From positions 32,659 to 96,658 of the forward strand of contig JAVVEM010000005.1 in assembly GCA_032250805.1 (NCBI GenBank): a stretch of DNA of 64,000 bases. Reading direction: 5' to 3'. This document shows positions 30,517-40,613 of this stretch, in pieces. The first letter of the stretch is position 1. Each line of letters starts with the position of its first letter. The notes beneath the pieces are model-generated. The model was given only the letters and a program-made list of their open reading frames with translations. It was not told the DNA's origin and did no database searches. A program made the translations under genes and the position numbers. The stretch comes from Bacteroidales bacterium (GTDB taxonomy: Bacteria > Bacteroidota > Bacteroidia > Bacteroidales > B18-G4).

Positions 30517-31017
30517 ATGGCGAAAATTGGAATATTTTACGGTTCATCCACCGGAAACACAGAAATTATTGCTGAAAAACTTGCAAAATTATTTGGGTCG
30601 GATGTTGAATTGAACAATATTGATATTGTTGAAAAGAAGGATATTGAGAAATATGATTATCTCATTTTCGGCACTTCCACCTGGGGAGTGGGCGATATGC
30701 AGGATGATTGGGAAGATTTCATAGAGGTATTGTCGGAGGTTGATTTTAATAAGAAGAAAGTAGCCCTTTTTGGTGTTGGCGATCAGGTAAACTACCCTGA
30801 AAGCTTCGTTGATGGCATGGGGGTGATCTATGATGTCATCTACGAAAATGTTGATGTGGTTGGAGCCTGGCCTCTCGACGGATATACCTTCAAGGAATCT
30901 GCTGCTGTGAAAAATGGCAAATTCGTCGGACTTGCCCTTGATAAGGAAAATCAGCAGAATCTTACCGATGAGCGCCTGAAAAAATGGGTAGCGATCCTTA
31001 AAAAGGAGTTTGTATAA
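30517..31017 (+). CDS. fldA: long-chain flavodoxin
   Basis: MAKIGIFYGSSTGNTE FMN-phosphate loop, TSTWGVGD, and an overall length of ~166 aa. Confidence 0.9.
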   Translation: MAKIGIFYGSSTGNTEIIAEKLAKLFGSDVELNNIDIVEKKDIEKYDYLIFGTSTWGVGDMQDDWEDFIEVLSEVDFNKKKVALFGVGDQVNYPESFVDGMGVIYDVIYENVDVVGAWPLDGYTFKESAAVKNGKFVGLALDKENQQNLTDERLKKWVAILKKEFV

Positions 31018-31075
31018 TTAGAAGATAATCACTTTTGTACGTATATGCAGGAATCTTAATGTGCCTATCCAAATA

Positions 31076-31110
31076 AAACGGAGGATGTCGGTTTCCGACA
31101 TCCTCCGTTT
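31076..31110. terminator. bidirectional intrinsic terminator between convergent fldA and hsp20
   Basis: 13-bp perfect stem cggaggatgtcgg (31079-31091) / ccgacatcctccg (31095-31107), loop ttt. The stem can extend by up to 3 A-T pairs (31076-31078 / 31108-31110). The minus-strand transcript continues with UUUUAUUU and the plus-strand transcript with UUU. Confidence 0.75.
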
Positions 31111-31160
31111 CCATTCTAACTAAAACCGGATATTATGATATGAACACTAAACGTGTTTGA

Positions 31161-31577
31161 TTACGATATCTTGATCTCTCTACCTTTTATTTTTGTTTCT
31201 TCACTTTTGGGAAGACTTATGTTCAGGACACCATTTTTATAATCTGCCTTGATCTTGTCCTGGTTAATGTTTTCAGAAAGACTGAATGAGCGGGTGAATC
31301 CGTCATAGCGGAATTCGCGCCTGCTATAGTTCTTTTCTTCATTTTCTTCTGCTTCCTTATGCTCAACCGAGATGCTGAGAATATCGTCTTCCAGTTTAAT
31401 GTTGAAATCTTCTTTGTTCATGCCAGGAACTGCCAGTTCGATCACAAAGTCCTTTTCATTTTCAATAATATTGGCCGCGGGCCTGTTATACTGGCATCCG
31501 CTGTTATATGGCCTTCTGTATCTGCTGTTCATCATTTCGTTCAATACAGGGTTGCTTGTCCATTTCATTAAAGTCAT
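31161..31577 (-). CDS. Hsp20/alpha-crystallin family small heat-shock protein
   Basis: Alpha-crystallin domain pattern (FVIELAVPGMNKEDFNIKLEDDILSISVEH...FTRSFSLSENI...DYKNGVLNISLPK). Confidence 0.9.
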   Translation of the reverse strand: MTLMKWTSNPVLNEMMNSRYRRPYNSGCQYNRPAANIIENEKDFVIELAVPGMNKEDFNIKLEDDILSISVEHKEAEENEEKNYSRREFRYDGFTRSFSLSENINQDKIKADYKNGVLNISLPKSEETKIKGREIKIS

Positions 31578-31809
31578 TTTATATTCCTCCTATAATTAAT
31601 GTTTGTTTTTAGCTTTGTTTTTTCCTCTTATTTGTCAACTTTTGTACCAAGTCCAAAAAAAGACGAACTAACTGTCAATATGGCAGTTGGCTCTATACTG
31701 GAATGACAATATGGCGCAGGCACTTGTGTTTTTTAATTACCTTCTGGTGGACTAAGGATTATGAATGAATTGAAAAAATGTTGATTTTTGCATACTCAAA
31801 ACTGCGTTG

Positions 31810-32886
31810 ATGGATACAGAATTGCAGAAAGTCCTGAGATTTTTTCAGCTTAAGCGCATTATCATTCCTTTGATACTGGGTCTTGGGGTTGCATCAGTGC
31901 TCCTTATCCGCGACTTCAACAAGGATGCTTTTCTGAGCATTCACTGGTCGGTATACACCTTAATGTGGCTCTTTATTGCTTTGTGTCTTCAGGCTATAAG
32001 GGATATTGCCTATATGTACAGGTTACGTGTGATGACGGACCGGCAGATCAGCTGGCGGCACAGCTTTGATGTTATTATGCTTTGGGAATTCGCCTCTTCC
32101 ATTACTCCTTCTATTGTTGGAGGTTCGGCAGTTGCCCTTTTTATTGTTAACAAGGAAGGCATCAGTATGGGACGAACAACAGCTATTGTGATGGTCACAG
32201 CCATGCTTGATGAAATGTTTTATATTGTAATGGTACCTCTGTTGGTTCTCTTTATCGGCGTCGAGAGGCTTTTTATCGGCAATGCGGGTTATTTGATGAA
32301 TCTGGGAGGAATGCAGGCTTTCATATTTGGTTATATGTTCATTCTTTTGCTTACTACCGCCATCACTTTTGCCATTTTTGTAAACCCTAAAGGATTCAAA
32401 AGCTTCCTTGTATTGCTTTCCTCGCTTCCTTTATTGCGACGCATGAAAAACAAAGCGGTACAAACAGGAGATGATATTATTACAACCTCCAAAGAGATGA
32501 AGGGTAAACCCCTGATGTTCTGGGTAAAAACCTTCGGAGCCACTGTTTTTTCCTGGTCGGCGCGCTTTTGGGTGGTGAATGCCCTGATCATGGCTTTTCG
32601 CACCAGCAGTGATCAATTTACCCAAATTGGCGAACAAGCCCTGATCTATGGGCGGCAGCTCGTGATGTGGGTCATCTTATTGGTCAGCCCTACACCGGGG
32701 GGCAGCGGTGTAGCCGAATATGCCTTTCCACTGTTCCTTGGAGAATTCATCCCGCCGGGCCTCGAAACCGCCCTGGGGCTGCTCTGGCGACTCTTCAGCT
32801 ATTACCCCTATATCTTTATCGGGTTTATCATCATTCCTTTCTGGATACGACGTGTGTATGTAAAGCGTAAACTAAGTTCACATTAA
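31810..32886 (+). CDS. UPF0104 / lysylphosphatidylglycerol-synthase-TM-region (flippase-like) membrane protein
   Basis: Polytopic membrane protein with an SPTPGGSGVAEYAF signature. ATG at 31810 (the ORF track begins at the TTG at 31807). Confidence 0.75.
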   Translation: MDTELQKVLRFFQLKRIIIPLILGLGVASVLLIRDFNKDAFLSIHWSVYTLMWLFIALCLQAIRDIAYMYRLRVMTDRQISWRHSFDVIMLWEFASSITPSIVGGSAVALFIVNKEGISMGRTTAIVMVTAMLDEMFYIVMVPLLVLFIGVERLFIGNAGYLMNLGGMQAFIFGYMFILLLTTAITFAIFVNPKGFKSFLVLLSSLPLLRRMKNKAVQTGDDIITTSKEMKGKPLMFWVKTFGATVFSWSARFWVVNALIMAFRTSSDQFTQIGEQALIYGRQLVMWVILLVSPTPGGSGVAEYAFPLFLGEFIPPGLETALGLLWRLFSYYPYIFIGFIIIPFWIRRVYVKRKLSSH

Positions 32887-32904
32887 TGGCTCAATGGAAT
32901 GTGT

Positions 32905-34389
32905 TTAGCCACAATGAAAAAAGCGATTAACCAGTTTCATGATCTCATTTTCGTCCTTGCCAATGTCCTGGCGCAGGGTTTTGTCGTTAAAACTTTTCAG
33001 GTATGAGGCGATCCATTCAAGCATACCTTCTGAAAAGACACCGTATTTTGTATAAATTTCCTTTTGTTTGAGCAGGGCTTCGGCCGATTCCCAGCAGGAA
33101 CCCGGCAAAACAGCCAGGGATTCAAGCTTGCTTTTATGCTCATCCATGAAAATATTCACATCTACATAGGTTTCTTTGGCGTATTCAAGTGCATTTTCCA
33201 TTTCAAATCCATGGCGGGCAGCCACAGTGAGGCCTGCCAGTAAGAGATATACATCGGCTGATCCGTCAGGGCAACGAAACTCCACGGTTTGTTTATCGGT
33301 CATGTCGCCCTTAAAAGGTGCCTCAAGGGGGTTGGCTTCTTGTGTCATATCTTTTTTCTGCGACCAACCGAGGGGAACCCTGACAAGGACTGAACGGTTG
33401 CGGTCGCCCCAACAAATATTTGTTGGCGCTTCCTGATGGGGTACAAGCCTGAAATAGGAGGTTGGGTTAATATTGCCGAAGGAAGTTAACGAGGGCGACA
33501 ATTCAAGATAACCGGCAATGGCTTTCCTTGCTGTGTCGCTAAGGCCGTTTTCATCAACCATCATATTTTTTCCATCTTTCATCAGCCGTGTATGGATGTG
33601 CATACCGCTGCCGGCTTTTCCAACAGTGATCTTCGGAGCAAAAGTAACGGTAACGCCATATTTGTGAGCCAATGAACGAAGGATCCACTTGGCCACCATC
33701 AGCTGGTCGGCAGCATCTTCAACATTAACCGGAAGAAACTCAATCTCATTTTGTTCGTATTCAGTGTTGCCGACAGAAAAGTTTCCTACTTCTGAATGGC
33801 CGTATTTGATCTTTCCGCCCGACTGGGCAATGGCCATCATGGCTTCGGTCCGAAGATCATCCCATTTGGTAAATGGAGCCGACTCATGATAGCCTTTCTG
33901 GTCTTCGGCAGTGAACAGGGGTTCACGTTCAAAGATCACATAATATTCCAGTTCTCCCATTGCTTCGAAGGTCATACCCGTTACGTCCTTAAATGATTGA
34001 TGGGCTTTTTTAAGGATATATTCCGGTGCACTCTCCAGCGGATTGCCATCTTTATCAAAATAAGCACAAAGGATATCCAGTGATGGTATTTCGGTGAAGG
34101 GGTTCACAAAGGCAGTCTTGTATCGTGGTACAACATAAAGATCGCTCGATCCGGCTTCAATAAACGAAAACAGGCTGGAACCGTCAACACGCTCACCAGA
34201 ACTCAGGATGGTGTCGAGGTGCTCCCGGCCGTTGATAATGAAATTAAGTGTTTTCAATCGGCCATCCCAGCCGGTATACCTGAAGTTGATCATGCTGATA
34301 TTATAATCTTCACAATAACGGATCAGGTCATCTTTGGTAAATTCTTCTGCGGGCTTGTTCAGGTATTGTACCAGTGGATTAGGATTCAT
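32905..34389 (-). CDS. glutamine synthetase family protein
   Basis: FAPKITVGKAGSGMHIHTRL matches the GS ATP-binding region pattern. KYGHSEVG. An N-terminal beta-grasp-like region. Confidence 0.8.
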   Translation of the reverse strand: MNPNPLVQYLNKPAEEFTKDDLIRYCEDYNISMINFRYTGWDGRLKTLNFIINGREHLDTILSSGERVDGSSLFSFIEAGSSDLYVVPRYKTAFVNPFTEIPSLDILCAYFDKDGNPLESAPEYILKKAHQSFKDVTGMTFEAMGELEYYVIFEREPLFTAEDQKGYHESAPFTKWDDLRTEAMMAIAQSGGKIKYGHSEVGNFSVGNTEYEQNEIEFLPVNVEDAADQLMVAKWILRSLAHKYGVTVTFAPKITVGKAGSGMHIHTRLMKDGKNMMVDENGLSDTARKAIAGYLELSPSLTSFGNINPTSYFRLVPHQEAPTNICWGDRNRSVLVRVPLGWSQKKDMTQEANPLEAPFKGDMTDKQTVEFRCPDGSADVYLLLAGLTVAARHGFEMENALEYAKETYVDVNIFMDEHKSKLESLAVLPGSCWESAEALLKQKEIYTKYGVFSEGMLEWIASYLKSFNDKTLRQDIGKDENEIMKLVNRFFHCG

Positions 34390-34513
34390 CTCTTTTTGAG
34401 TTTATAATATTCGATTCGAAAAAGGACGTCAAACTTAAGAAAAAATCGGCATCCCGCATATATAATCGTAGGATGTTGGAGTGGAAATTTTAATTATAAG
34501 TGGAAATTGTGGA

Positions 34514-35632
34514 TCAACTTCTACTTTTTAGCAGTTCTGCTGCGGCCTGATAGGCACTCATTTTACCTTTTAGCACTTTGTTTTCGATACTGATCATCTT
34601 TTGCCTGATGGTTTCATCATTATAAAACTGGTCTTTTAGCTGCCTGTTGATGCTGTCGTACATGGTTTGCACCATTTGTTCGCGGCGCTTGCGATAAAGA
34701 TAATCGCTGTCGACGGTCATGTTTATCCTGTATTTTTCAATGATGCTCCATACCTTGTCGATTCCCTCATTTTGCAGTGCTGAGCAGGTTATCACAGGTA
34801 CAATCCAGCCTGATTCAGTAGCCGGAAAAAGATGTAAGGCATTCATGTATTCATTGCGGGCCATCTCAGCTTTTTCTTTGTTGCTTCCGTCGGCTTTATT
34901 GATCACGATGGCATCAGCCATTTCCATAATGCCCCGCTTGATGCCCTGCAACTCGTCGCCGGCACCGGCAAGCATGAGTAAAAGAAAAAAATCAACCATT
35001 GAATGAACTGCTGTTTCGGACTGACCTACACCCACAGTTTCCACAAAAATGCAGTCGAAACCGGCTGCTTCGCAAAGAATGATCGACTCTCTTGTCTTGC
35101 GGGCTACTCCGCCAAGAGATCCTGCCGAAGCCGATGGCCTGATGAATGCGTTCGGATCATTGGCAAGTTCTTCCATCCGTGTTTTGTCGCCCAGTATGCT
35201 TCCCTTACTGCGTGTGCTGCTGGGATCGATTGCCAGCACAGCGACCTTATGATCTGCAGAAGTAAGGGTTTTACCCAGCGACTCGATAAAAGTACTTTTG
35301 CCTACTCCTGGTACGCCGGTAATTCCAACGCGAATAGAGTTTCCGGCATATGGAAGGCAGCCACTGATGATTTCCTGCGCCAGGTCCTGGTGCCTGGGCA
35401 ATGCGCTTTCGACCAGGGTGATGGCTTTACTGAGCAGGCTGCGGTTGCCATTCCGGATGCCCTCTACATAATTGTTAATGGATAAATTTTCAGGCCGGAT
35501 ATGGCTAAAGCGTGCAGCAGCATCCTTATTCACCTGCGGTGGCTGGTCAATGCCCTTATTTACATGCGGCTTTGTGTTCTTATGTTTATCTTCTGACAAG
35601 TTTAGTTTTGAAATTAGTGGAACCAGATACAA
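34514..35632 (-). CDS. meaB: methylmalonyl-CoA mutase-associated G3E GTPase (MeaB/ArgK)
   Basis: P-loop GITGVPGVGKST, ETVGVGQSE, and NKAD (VINKADG). Confidence 0.85.
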   Translation of the reverse strand: MYLVPLISKLNLSEDKHKNTKPHVNKGIDQPPQVNKDAAARFSHIRPENLSINNYVEGIRNGNRSLLSKAITLVESALPRHQDLAQEIISGCLPYAGNSIRVGITGVPGVGKSTFIESLGKTLTSADHKVAVLAIDPSSTRSKGSILGDKTRMEELANDPNAFIRPSASAGSLGGVARKTRESIILCEAAGFDCIFVETVGVGQSETAVHSMVDFFLLLMLAGAGDELQGIKRGIMEMADAIVINKADGSNKEKAEMARNEYMNALHLFPATESGWIVPVITCSALQNEGIDKVWSIIEKYRINMTVDSDYLYRKRREQMVQTMYDSINRQLKDQFYNDETIRQKMISIENKVLKGKMSAYQAAAELLKSRS

Positions 35633-35760
35633 AGATAATAAATTAACGGGTGTTAAGCGCTTGCACGCTTCACTGTGTTGTTTTCTTGCTCATGCTCACA
35701 GGCTGAGAAACAATAAGGGCCAAATAGGGTTAAGTATGTTTTTGTTTTTGATATTTGCGT

Positions 35761-36576
35761 TTATGCGAACATTAGCAGGCTGATGGCCATAATGGCCATT
35801 CCTGCGATCAGCCCATATACCGACAGATGATGTTCGCCGAATTCCTGTGCAGCAGGTAGAAGCTCATCTATAGAGATAAAGACCATTATACCTGCAACGC
35901 TGGCAAAGATCATACCGAACATCAGGGGGTTGAGAAAGGGCATCAGGATGAGAAACCCTATCATGGCGCCCACCGGTTCGGCCAGCCCTGAAGAAAATGA
36001 ATACCAGAATGCTTTCTTTCTTTTCCCTGTAGCATAATATATTGGCACCGATACCGCAATACCTTCAGGGATATTATGGATAGCAATAGCCACGGCAATG
36101 GCAATTCCCAGGCCGGGATCCTCCAATGCGGCAAAAAAGGTGGCCAGTCCTTCAGGAAAGTTATGGATGGCAATGGCCAGGGCTGTAAAAGAACCCATAC
36201 GCATGAGTTTGGTCTGCCCCAGTTTTTCTTTGTCGATATCCTCAACCATTTTTATTTCATGGGGGTTCTCAGAGGAAGGGATGAGTTTATCGATCATCGC
36301 AATGATGAATATTCCGGCAAAAAAAGCAGCCGTGGTGAGCCAAAAACCACCTGAATCGCCATATGCCTGCGAGAGTTCATCTCTTGCTTTTGGAAAAATC
36401 TCAATAAACGAAACATAGATCATCACCCCGGCAGAGAAGCCCAGGGCAAGTGAAAGAAAACGGGTATTGGTTCTTTTTGTGAAAAATGCCAGCAGGCTTC
36501 CGATACCGGTCGACAAACCAGCAAACATGGTGAGGCCAAAAGCAAACATTATCTCATTCAGGCTGAAATCTCCCAT
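35761..36576 (-). CDS. zupT: ZIP family zinc transporter ZupT
   Basis: 8 TM segments; HNFPEG and HNIPEG metal-binding motifs. Confidence 0.9.
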   Translation of the reverse strand: MGDFSLNEIMFAFGLTMFAGLSTGIGSLLAFFTKRTNTRFLSLALGFSAGVMIYVSFIEIFPKARDELSQAYGDSGGFWLTTAAFFAGIFIIAMIDKLIPSSENPHEIKMVEDIDKEKLGQTKLMRMGSFTALAIAIHNFPEGLATFFAALEDPGLGIAIAVAIAIHNIPEGIAVSVPIYYATGKRKKAFWYSFSSGLAEPVGAMIGFLILMPFLNPLMFGMIFASVAGIMVFISIDELLPAAQEFGEHHLSVYGLIAGMAIMAISLLMFA

Positions 36577-36603
36577 TTTTCTACGATTATTAGGCTAAGA
36601 TAA

Positions 36604-36939
36604 TCAGAATTTGCGATGCTTCTTATAGTGGAGGCGGGTTTTAACCTTTTGCATTTCGCGTTCGAGCACGAGGCTGGCAATGCTCCGCGCGGCCTCATCC
36701 CTGTCGGGGCTGTGCATGGCTTTGCTGAACTTTGCTTCGCTCACATCCAGCCGGTACATGGCATTCAGCAATCGGTACATATCATGATCCAGCAGATGAC
36801 GGATCAGCTGAGTAAGTTTTTGGTGAAAGAAATTCAGGTCGGGTGTATCACTGATATAGGTCAATGCCTCGCTTTCATCCAGCTGTAAATCGTTGATGAT
36901 CAGGTTGTTTAATATTATAAATTCTTCCTCCATCACCAT
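36604..36939 (-). CDS. hypothetical protein (111 aa, helical, basic C-terminus)
   Basis: An ORF with coding-like composition, 14-bp and 27-bp gaps to the co-directional neighbours. No recognisable motif. Confidence 0.45.
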   Translation of the reverse strand: MVMEEEFIILNNLIINDLQLDESEALTYISDTPDLNFFHQKLTQLIRHLLDHDMYRLLNAMYRLDVSEAKFSKAMHSPDRDEAARSIASLVLEREMQKVKTRLHYKKHRKF

Positions 36940-36954
36940 GAATACAGTGTGTTC

Positions 36955-37341
36955 CTATAAATTGTCGATGGCTTGCTTCAGGCTGTTGTAAATCTTTTCG
37001 GCTATTTGATCCAGTTTCGCATTTTCAACGATTAATATCATTTTTTTTGCATCTATGGCCGATACCTGAACGGAGCCGTCTTCCCTGTCAATGATCACGA
37101 CATTACAAGGAAGCAATACACCAAGCGCTTCTTCTACCTGTATAGCTTCATATGCAAATCCTGGATTACATGCTCCCAGAATGGCATATTCCTTGAAATC
37201 AACATCGAGCTTCTCTTTAAATTTTTCTTTCATATCAACCTCAGTGATTACCCCGAAACCTACATCTTTAAGGGCTTCGATCACTTTTTCGCGGACATCA
37301 TGAAAGTTTCCTTTTACGGTTTTAGAAATATGATACGTCAT
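36955..37341 (-). CDS. DUF302 domain protein
   Basis: GFGVITEVDMKEKFKEKL...YAILGACNP is the characteristic DUF302 pattern. Confidence 0.7.
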   Translation of the reverse strand: MTYHISKTVKGNFHDVREKVIEALKDVGFGVITEVDMKEKFKEKLDVDFKEYAILGACNPGFAYEAIQVEEALGVLLPCNVVIIDREDGSVQVSAIDAKKMILIVENAKLDQIAEKIYNSLKQAIDNL

Positions 37342-37541
37342 TTGTTTGTTTTTTACAAAGGTATTTAAAATAATTTAAAGGATTGATTATCCGGTGAACG
37401 CAAATTTCAAAGCCCCCGGCTTACTGAGCTAAAACTCATTTTTAAGTCATCATTGTATTACTATTTGGTTTGTGCACAAGCCTGCTATTTTTGGAAACCT
37501 ACAAATTTGTGCAGCGAATTGCTTTTTCGTATTCAAAAATT

Positions 37542-37549
37542 TATATTTG
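37542..37549 (+). promoter_or_regulatory. candidate -7 box TATATTTG upstream of the cytochrome-like pseudogene / OB-fold / barrel unit
   Basis: Exact TAnnTTTG, 31 nt upstream of the ATG at 37580. Confidence 0.4.
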
Positions 37550-37579
37550 TGTAAGTAATTCATATTAGTCATATTTCTG

Positions 37580-38291
37580 ATGAAGAAGATATTAATTGCC
37601 TTAATGACCGTATTGCTGGTTTTTTTCCTTATATGGTCATGCAAACACGAACCTGAAGAATTTGTGGGACCCGACCCTCCCGGCCCTGGTCCTCCCGGCC
37701 CTGATCCTCCAATTGAAAATCCCTGCGATCCTGATACTGTTTACTTTGCAAAAGACCTGCTGCCCATTTTACAAAGCACTTGTTCCAAACCAGGTTGCCA
37801 TGATGACATCAGCATGCAGGATGGCTTAAGGTTGACTGATTATTCTTCGGTGATACAAACCGCAGATATCAGGCCGGGCGATCCCGGAGGAAGTGATCAC
37901 AGAATCGGATCCCGACAAGCGCATGCCGCCGCCACCCAACGATCCAATGTCGCAGGAAAATATCGATATGGTATACACCTGGATCATGCAGGGAGCATAA
38001 AATCTTTTTTGTGTTGATACAGTATGCGATACGGTTGATGTAAACTACACAAACCAGATCAGTGGCATTGTTCAGGCGAATTGCCTGGGCTGCCATAACG
38101 ATAGCAATCCGCTTGGAGGTCTGAGCCTCGAAGGCTATGATAAAGTTGTTGACGTAGCCGCCGATGGCCGTTTGCTGGGAGTTGTCAGGCACTAGTCCGG
38201 ATATCCTCCCATGCCTAAAAATGCTGCACAACTTCCGGATTGCAAAATCCGCCAACTTGAAATATGGATAGACAATGGAACACCACAATAA
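37580..38291 (+). pseudogene. disrupted two-domain cytochrome-c-like lipoprotein gene (domain 1 Cx4CH, domain 2 CxxCH)
   Basis: Lipoprotein leader MKKILIALMTVLLVFFLIWSCKHE, then STCSKPGCH. The frame breaks near 37889; the continuation EVITESDPDKRMPPPPNDPMSQENIDMVYTWIMQGA is in the +1 frame. In-frame TAA at 37998-38000. The second domain (QANCLGCHNDSNPLGGLSLEGY...) contains an in-frame TAG at 38193-38195, then PMPKNAAQLPDCKIRQLEIWIDNGTPQ and a stop at 38289-38291. The domains resemble the intact 48179-48550 product. Confidence 0.6.
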
Positions 38292-38332
38292 AATGCTCTT
38301 GCCGGTTGTCATGTTAATGATGGCTGCAATGC

Positions 38333-38758
38333 TTGCCATGTTGCAGCCTTGCAGTAATTGGCATTCTGGCTGCACTATATGTTTGGTTCTTTGTCTACAA
38401 CAAGTCACACAGGGATTATGAGAAGGCCGACCCGGATCATGTTCTTGCGGCCGAAGAATTGTATGATCAATACAAGCAAAACAAATCGCTTGCCGATAGT
38501 TTGTACACCGGAATGGTGTTGCAAATCGACGGCAATCTGAGTAAAATCGAATCTGCCGATACGCTTTTGATCGTAGTATTTGCCTTTGAGCAGGGAATGT
38601 TCGGTGAAGAGGGGGTAAGATGTGTATTGCTGCAAAATCAGCATGAGAAGATATCAACATATAGCGATAATGATCCCATTACACTTAAAGGATACTGTAC
38701 CGGATATAACGATACGGATGTGATCATTGAGAAAGTATCGGTCATAACAACGAATTAA
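38333..38758 (+). CDS. membrane-anchored small protein, possibly an OB-fold (tRNA_anti-like family) protein
   Basis: N-terminal TM LAVIGILAALYVWFFVY followed by a ~110-aa soluble domain. Only a TTG (38333) or CTG start is available in frame, while ATGs at 38311/38317 are in another frame, so the start is uncertain or the 5' end is damaged. Confidence 0.4.
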   Translation: MPCCSLAVIGILAALYVWFFVYNKSHRDYEKADPDHVLAAEELYDQYKQNKSLADSLYTGMVLQIDGNLSKIESADTLLIVVFAFEQGMFGEEGVRCVLLQNQHEKISTYSDNDPITLKGYCTGYNDTDVIIEKVSVITTN

Positions 38759-38905
38759 ACTTATAGACTTGACAGTTGATCATACATGAAATTGATCAAT
38801 AAAAAGCACGTATTATTAAAAAAACCGGAGTTGAAAAAACAAATCTCCGAAAGCATCAAATGAACTGTTAACATTAAGCTGGAGGAGGTTAAACCATAAC
38901 CTCAA

Positions 38906-39802
38906 ATGATCAAAAAACAATTATTCCTGTACATGGTATTTCTTATGGCAGTGGTACAGGCATTCCCACAGGACGATTTAATGGATATGTTCGGGGAAGA
39001 AGAACCCCAAACCGAATTTGCCTATGCGACCTTTAAAACCACCCGTGTTACAATAGGGCAATCGATTGAAAATCCACCTAACGGTAACCTGATCTTCATT
39101 GTTTCCCATCATTTTGGCACCATAAACCAGGGAGCATATGAATTTTTCGGTCTGGATCAGGCAACCACACGCATTGGTTTTGAATATGGCGTAAACGACT
39201 GGCTTGCGCTTGGGATTGGCCGGAGTACCCTGAACAAGACTTTCGACGGCTTTGTTAAAGTAAAACTGTTGCGGCAAAGCAGCGGGGCAAGGAATATGCC
39301 TTTTTCACTTTCATATTTTGGAAGCACTGCTATCCATGCCCTGAAGTGGCAGGATCCCGACAGAAAGAATTATTTTACTTCCCGCATGTCGTATGCCCAT
39401 CAGCTGCTCATAGCCAGCAAAATCAGCAAGGCATTTTCGATACAGCTCATGCCGACATTTATTCATCGTAATCTTGTTGCGCGCGAAGTGGATGAAAATG
39501 ATGTTTTCTCAGTCGGGGCAGGAGGCAGGGCTAAAATATCCAGCAGAGTATCAGTCAATGCCGAGTATTATTATGTGCTGCCCGGGCAAACGGCCGACGA
39601 TTTTTATAATTCATTTACCATTGGGTTTGACATTGAAACCGGTGGTCATGTGTTTCAAATCTTTGTTACGAACGGCCGCGGTGCCATAGAGCAGTATTAT
39701 ATTCCGCAAACCGACGGGTCATGGCTGAATGGTGACATTCATATCGGATTCAACATCACACGGGTATTCACCATTAAAAAACCAAAAACCTTTAAAGAAT
39801 AA
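38906..39802 (+). CDS. DUF5777-like outer-membrane beta-barrel protein (paralog of 47283-48155)
   Basis: Signal peptide MIKKQLFLYMVFLMAVVQAFPQ. Shares GGHVFQIFVTN...WLNGDIHIGFNITRVF with TSTHCFQIFVSS...RLNGDLFFGFTITRLW in the paralog. Confidence 0.65.
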   Translation: MIKKQLFLYMVFLMAVVQAFPQDDLMDMFGEEEPQTEFAYATFKTTRVTIGQSIENPPNGNLIFIVSHHFGTINQGAYEFFGLDQATTRIGFEYGVNDWLALGIGRSTLNKTFDGFVKVKLLRQSSGARNMPFSLSYFGSTAIHALKWQDPDRKNYFTSRMSYAHQLLIASKISKAFSIQLMPTFIHRNLVAREVDENDVFSVGAGGRAKISSRVSVNAEYYYVLPGQTADDFYNSFTIGFDIETGGHVFQIFVTNGRGAIEQYYIPQTDGSWLNGDIHIGFNITRVFTIKKPKTFKE

Positions 39803-39815
39803 AACCGGGACTTTA

Positions 39816-40613
39816 CTAGGTTGAGTATGTATGTACGCTTGATGCTGCCGAAGGCAGATAGTTGATCCCAAACCAGCAGATCAGCAATATAGCAAATGCC
39901 ATTGCCACGATCCACAGGGCCGTTTTATGCGACTGTTTTTTGCGTAAACGATAATGGATATAGAGCAGGTAGGCCAGCCAGGTAAGAAATGCCCATGTTT
40001 CTTTAGGATCCCAGGTCCAGTAATGCCCCCACGCTTCTTTGGCCCACAAGGCCCCAAATAACAAACCAAAAGTTAAGAACGCAAATCCGATATAAACAAT
40101 ATTATCGGCCATGAGCATGATTTGGCTTGTATCTTTTCCTTTATAGTAAATGTAAAGGCCATAGATCCCGATCAGCGACGAAAATCCCAGGAAGGCATAC
40201 CCAATAATATATACCACCACATGTGGAATAAACCAGGGACTTTGCAGTGCCGGCATGAGTGTTTTGTCGAAGGTGTCGGGGTTTAAATAGTTAAGGAACA
40301 GGAACAATAAGGCCATCAATATGGTGTAGGCCAGCATAAGTGGAAGCTTCCAGCGGTAATAGAGCACAATGCCTATTGTGGAGATGAAAATTCCGTACCA
40401 CAGCCTTGTCTCGGCCAGAGTCCTGAATGGTGGCCGCTCAAGGCTTATCCAGAGGCCAATGGTGAAAGTGATCACCGCTGCCCATCCCAGGAACAGGAAA
40501 ACTGCTTTGAGGCCATGAAAAACCGATTTCTTCGGTGTAATGATGAATACCAGCGACAATGTCCAGAAAACAGTCGCCATCAGTAAATATGTTGGATAAT
40601 CCAGCCAGGTCAT
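39816..40613 (-). CDS. ccsA: system II cytochrome c biogenesis protein CcsA (haem-handling subunit)
   Basis: Trp-rich WWD motif WGHYWTWDPKETWAFLTWL. 8 TM segments. The start overlaps the ResB stop (ATGA, 40610-40613). Confidence 0.9.
   Translation of the reverse strand: MTWLDYPTYLLMATVFWTLSLVFIITPKKSVFHGLKAVFLFLGWAAVITFTIGLWISLERPPFRTLAETRLWYGIFISTIGIVLYYRWKLPLMLAYTILMALLFLFLNYLNPDTFDKTLMPALQSPWFIPHVVVYIIGYAFLGFSSLIGIYGLYIYYKGKDTSQIMLMADNIVYIGFAFLTFGLLFGALWAKEAWGHYWTWDPKETWAFLTWLAYLLYIHYRLRKKQSHKTALWIVAMAFAILLICWFGINYLPSAASSVHTYST

Noticed and set aside
37998-38195. In-frame TAA and TAG as evidence for stop-codon reassignment or programmed read-through
   Set aside because: No other gene in the 64 kb needs read-through, and all other ORFs terminate normally on TAA, TAG or TGA. 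The same gene also carries a frameshift. Pseudogenisation is the simpler explanation.
37869-38660. 263-aa minus-strand ORF spanning the pseudogene/OB-fold region
   Set aside because: The translation is Cys/Arg/Ile-rich with no motifs. The plus strand shows clear cytochrome-like domain homology to another gene in the window. This ORF probably looks long only because the plus-strand region is coding.
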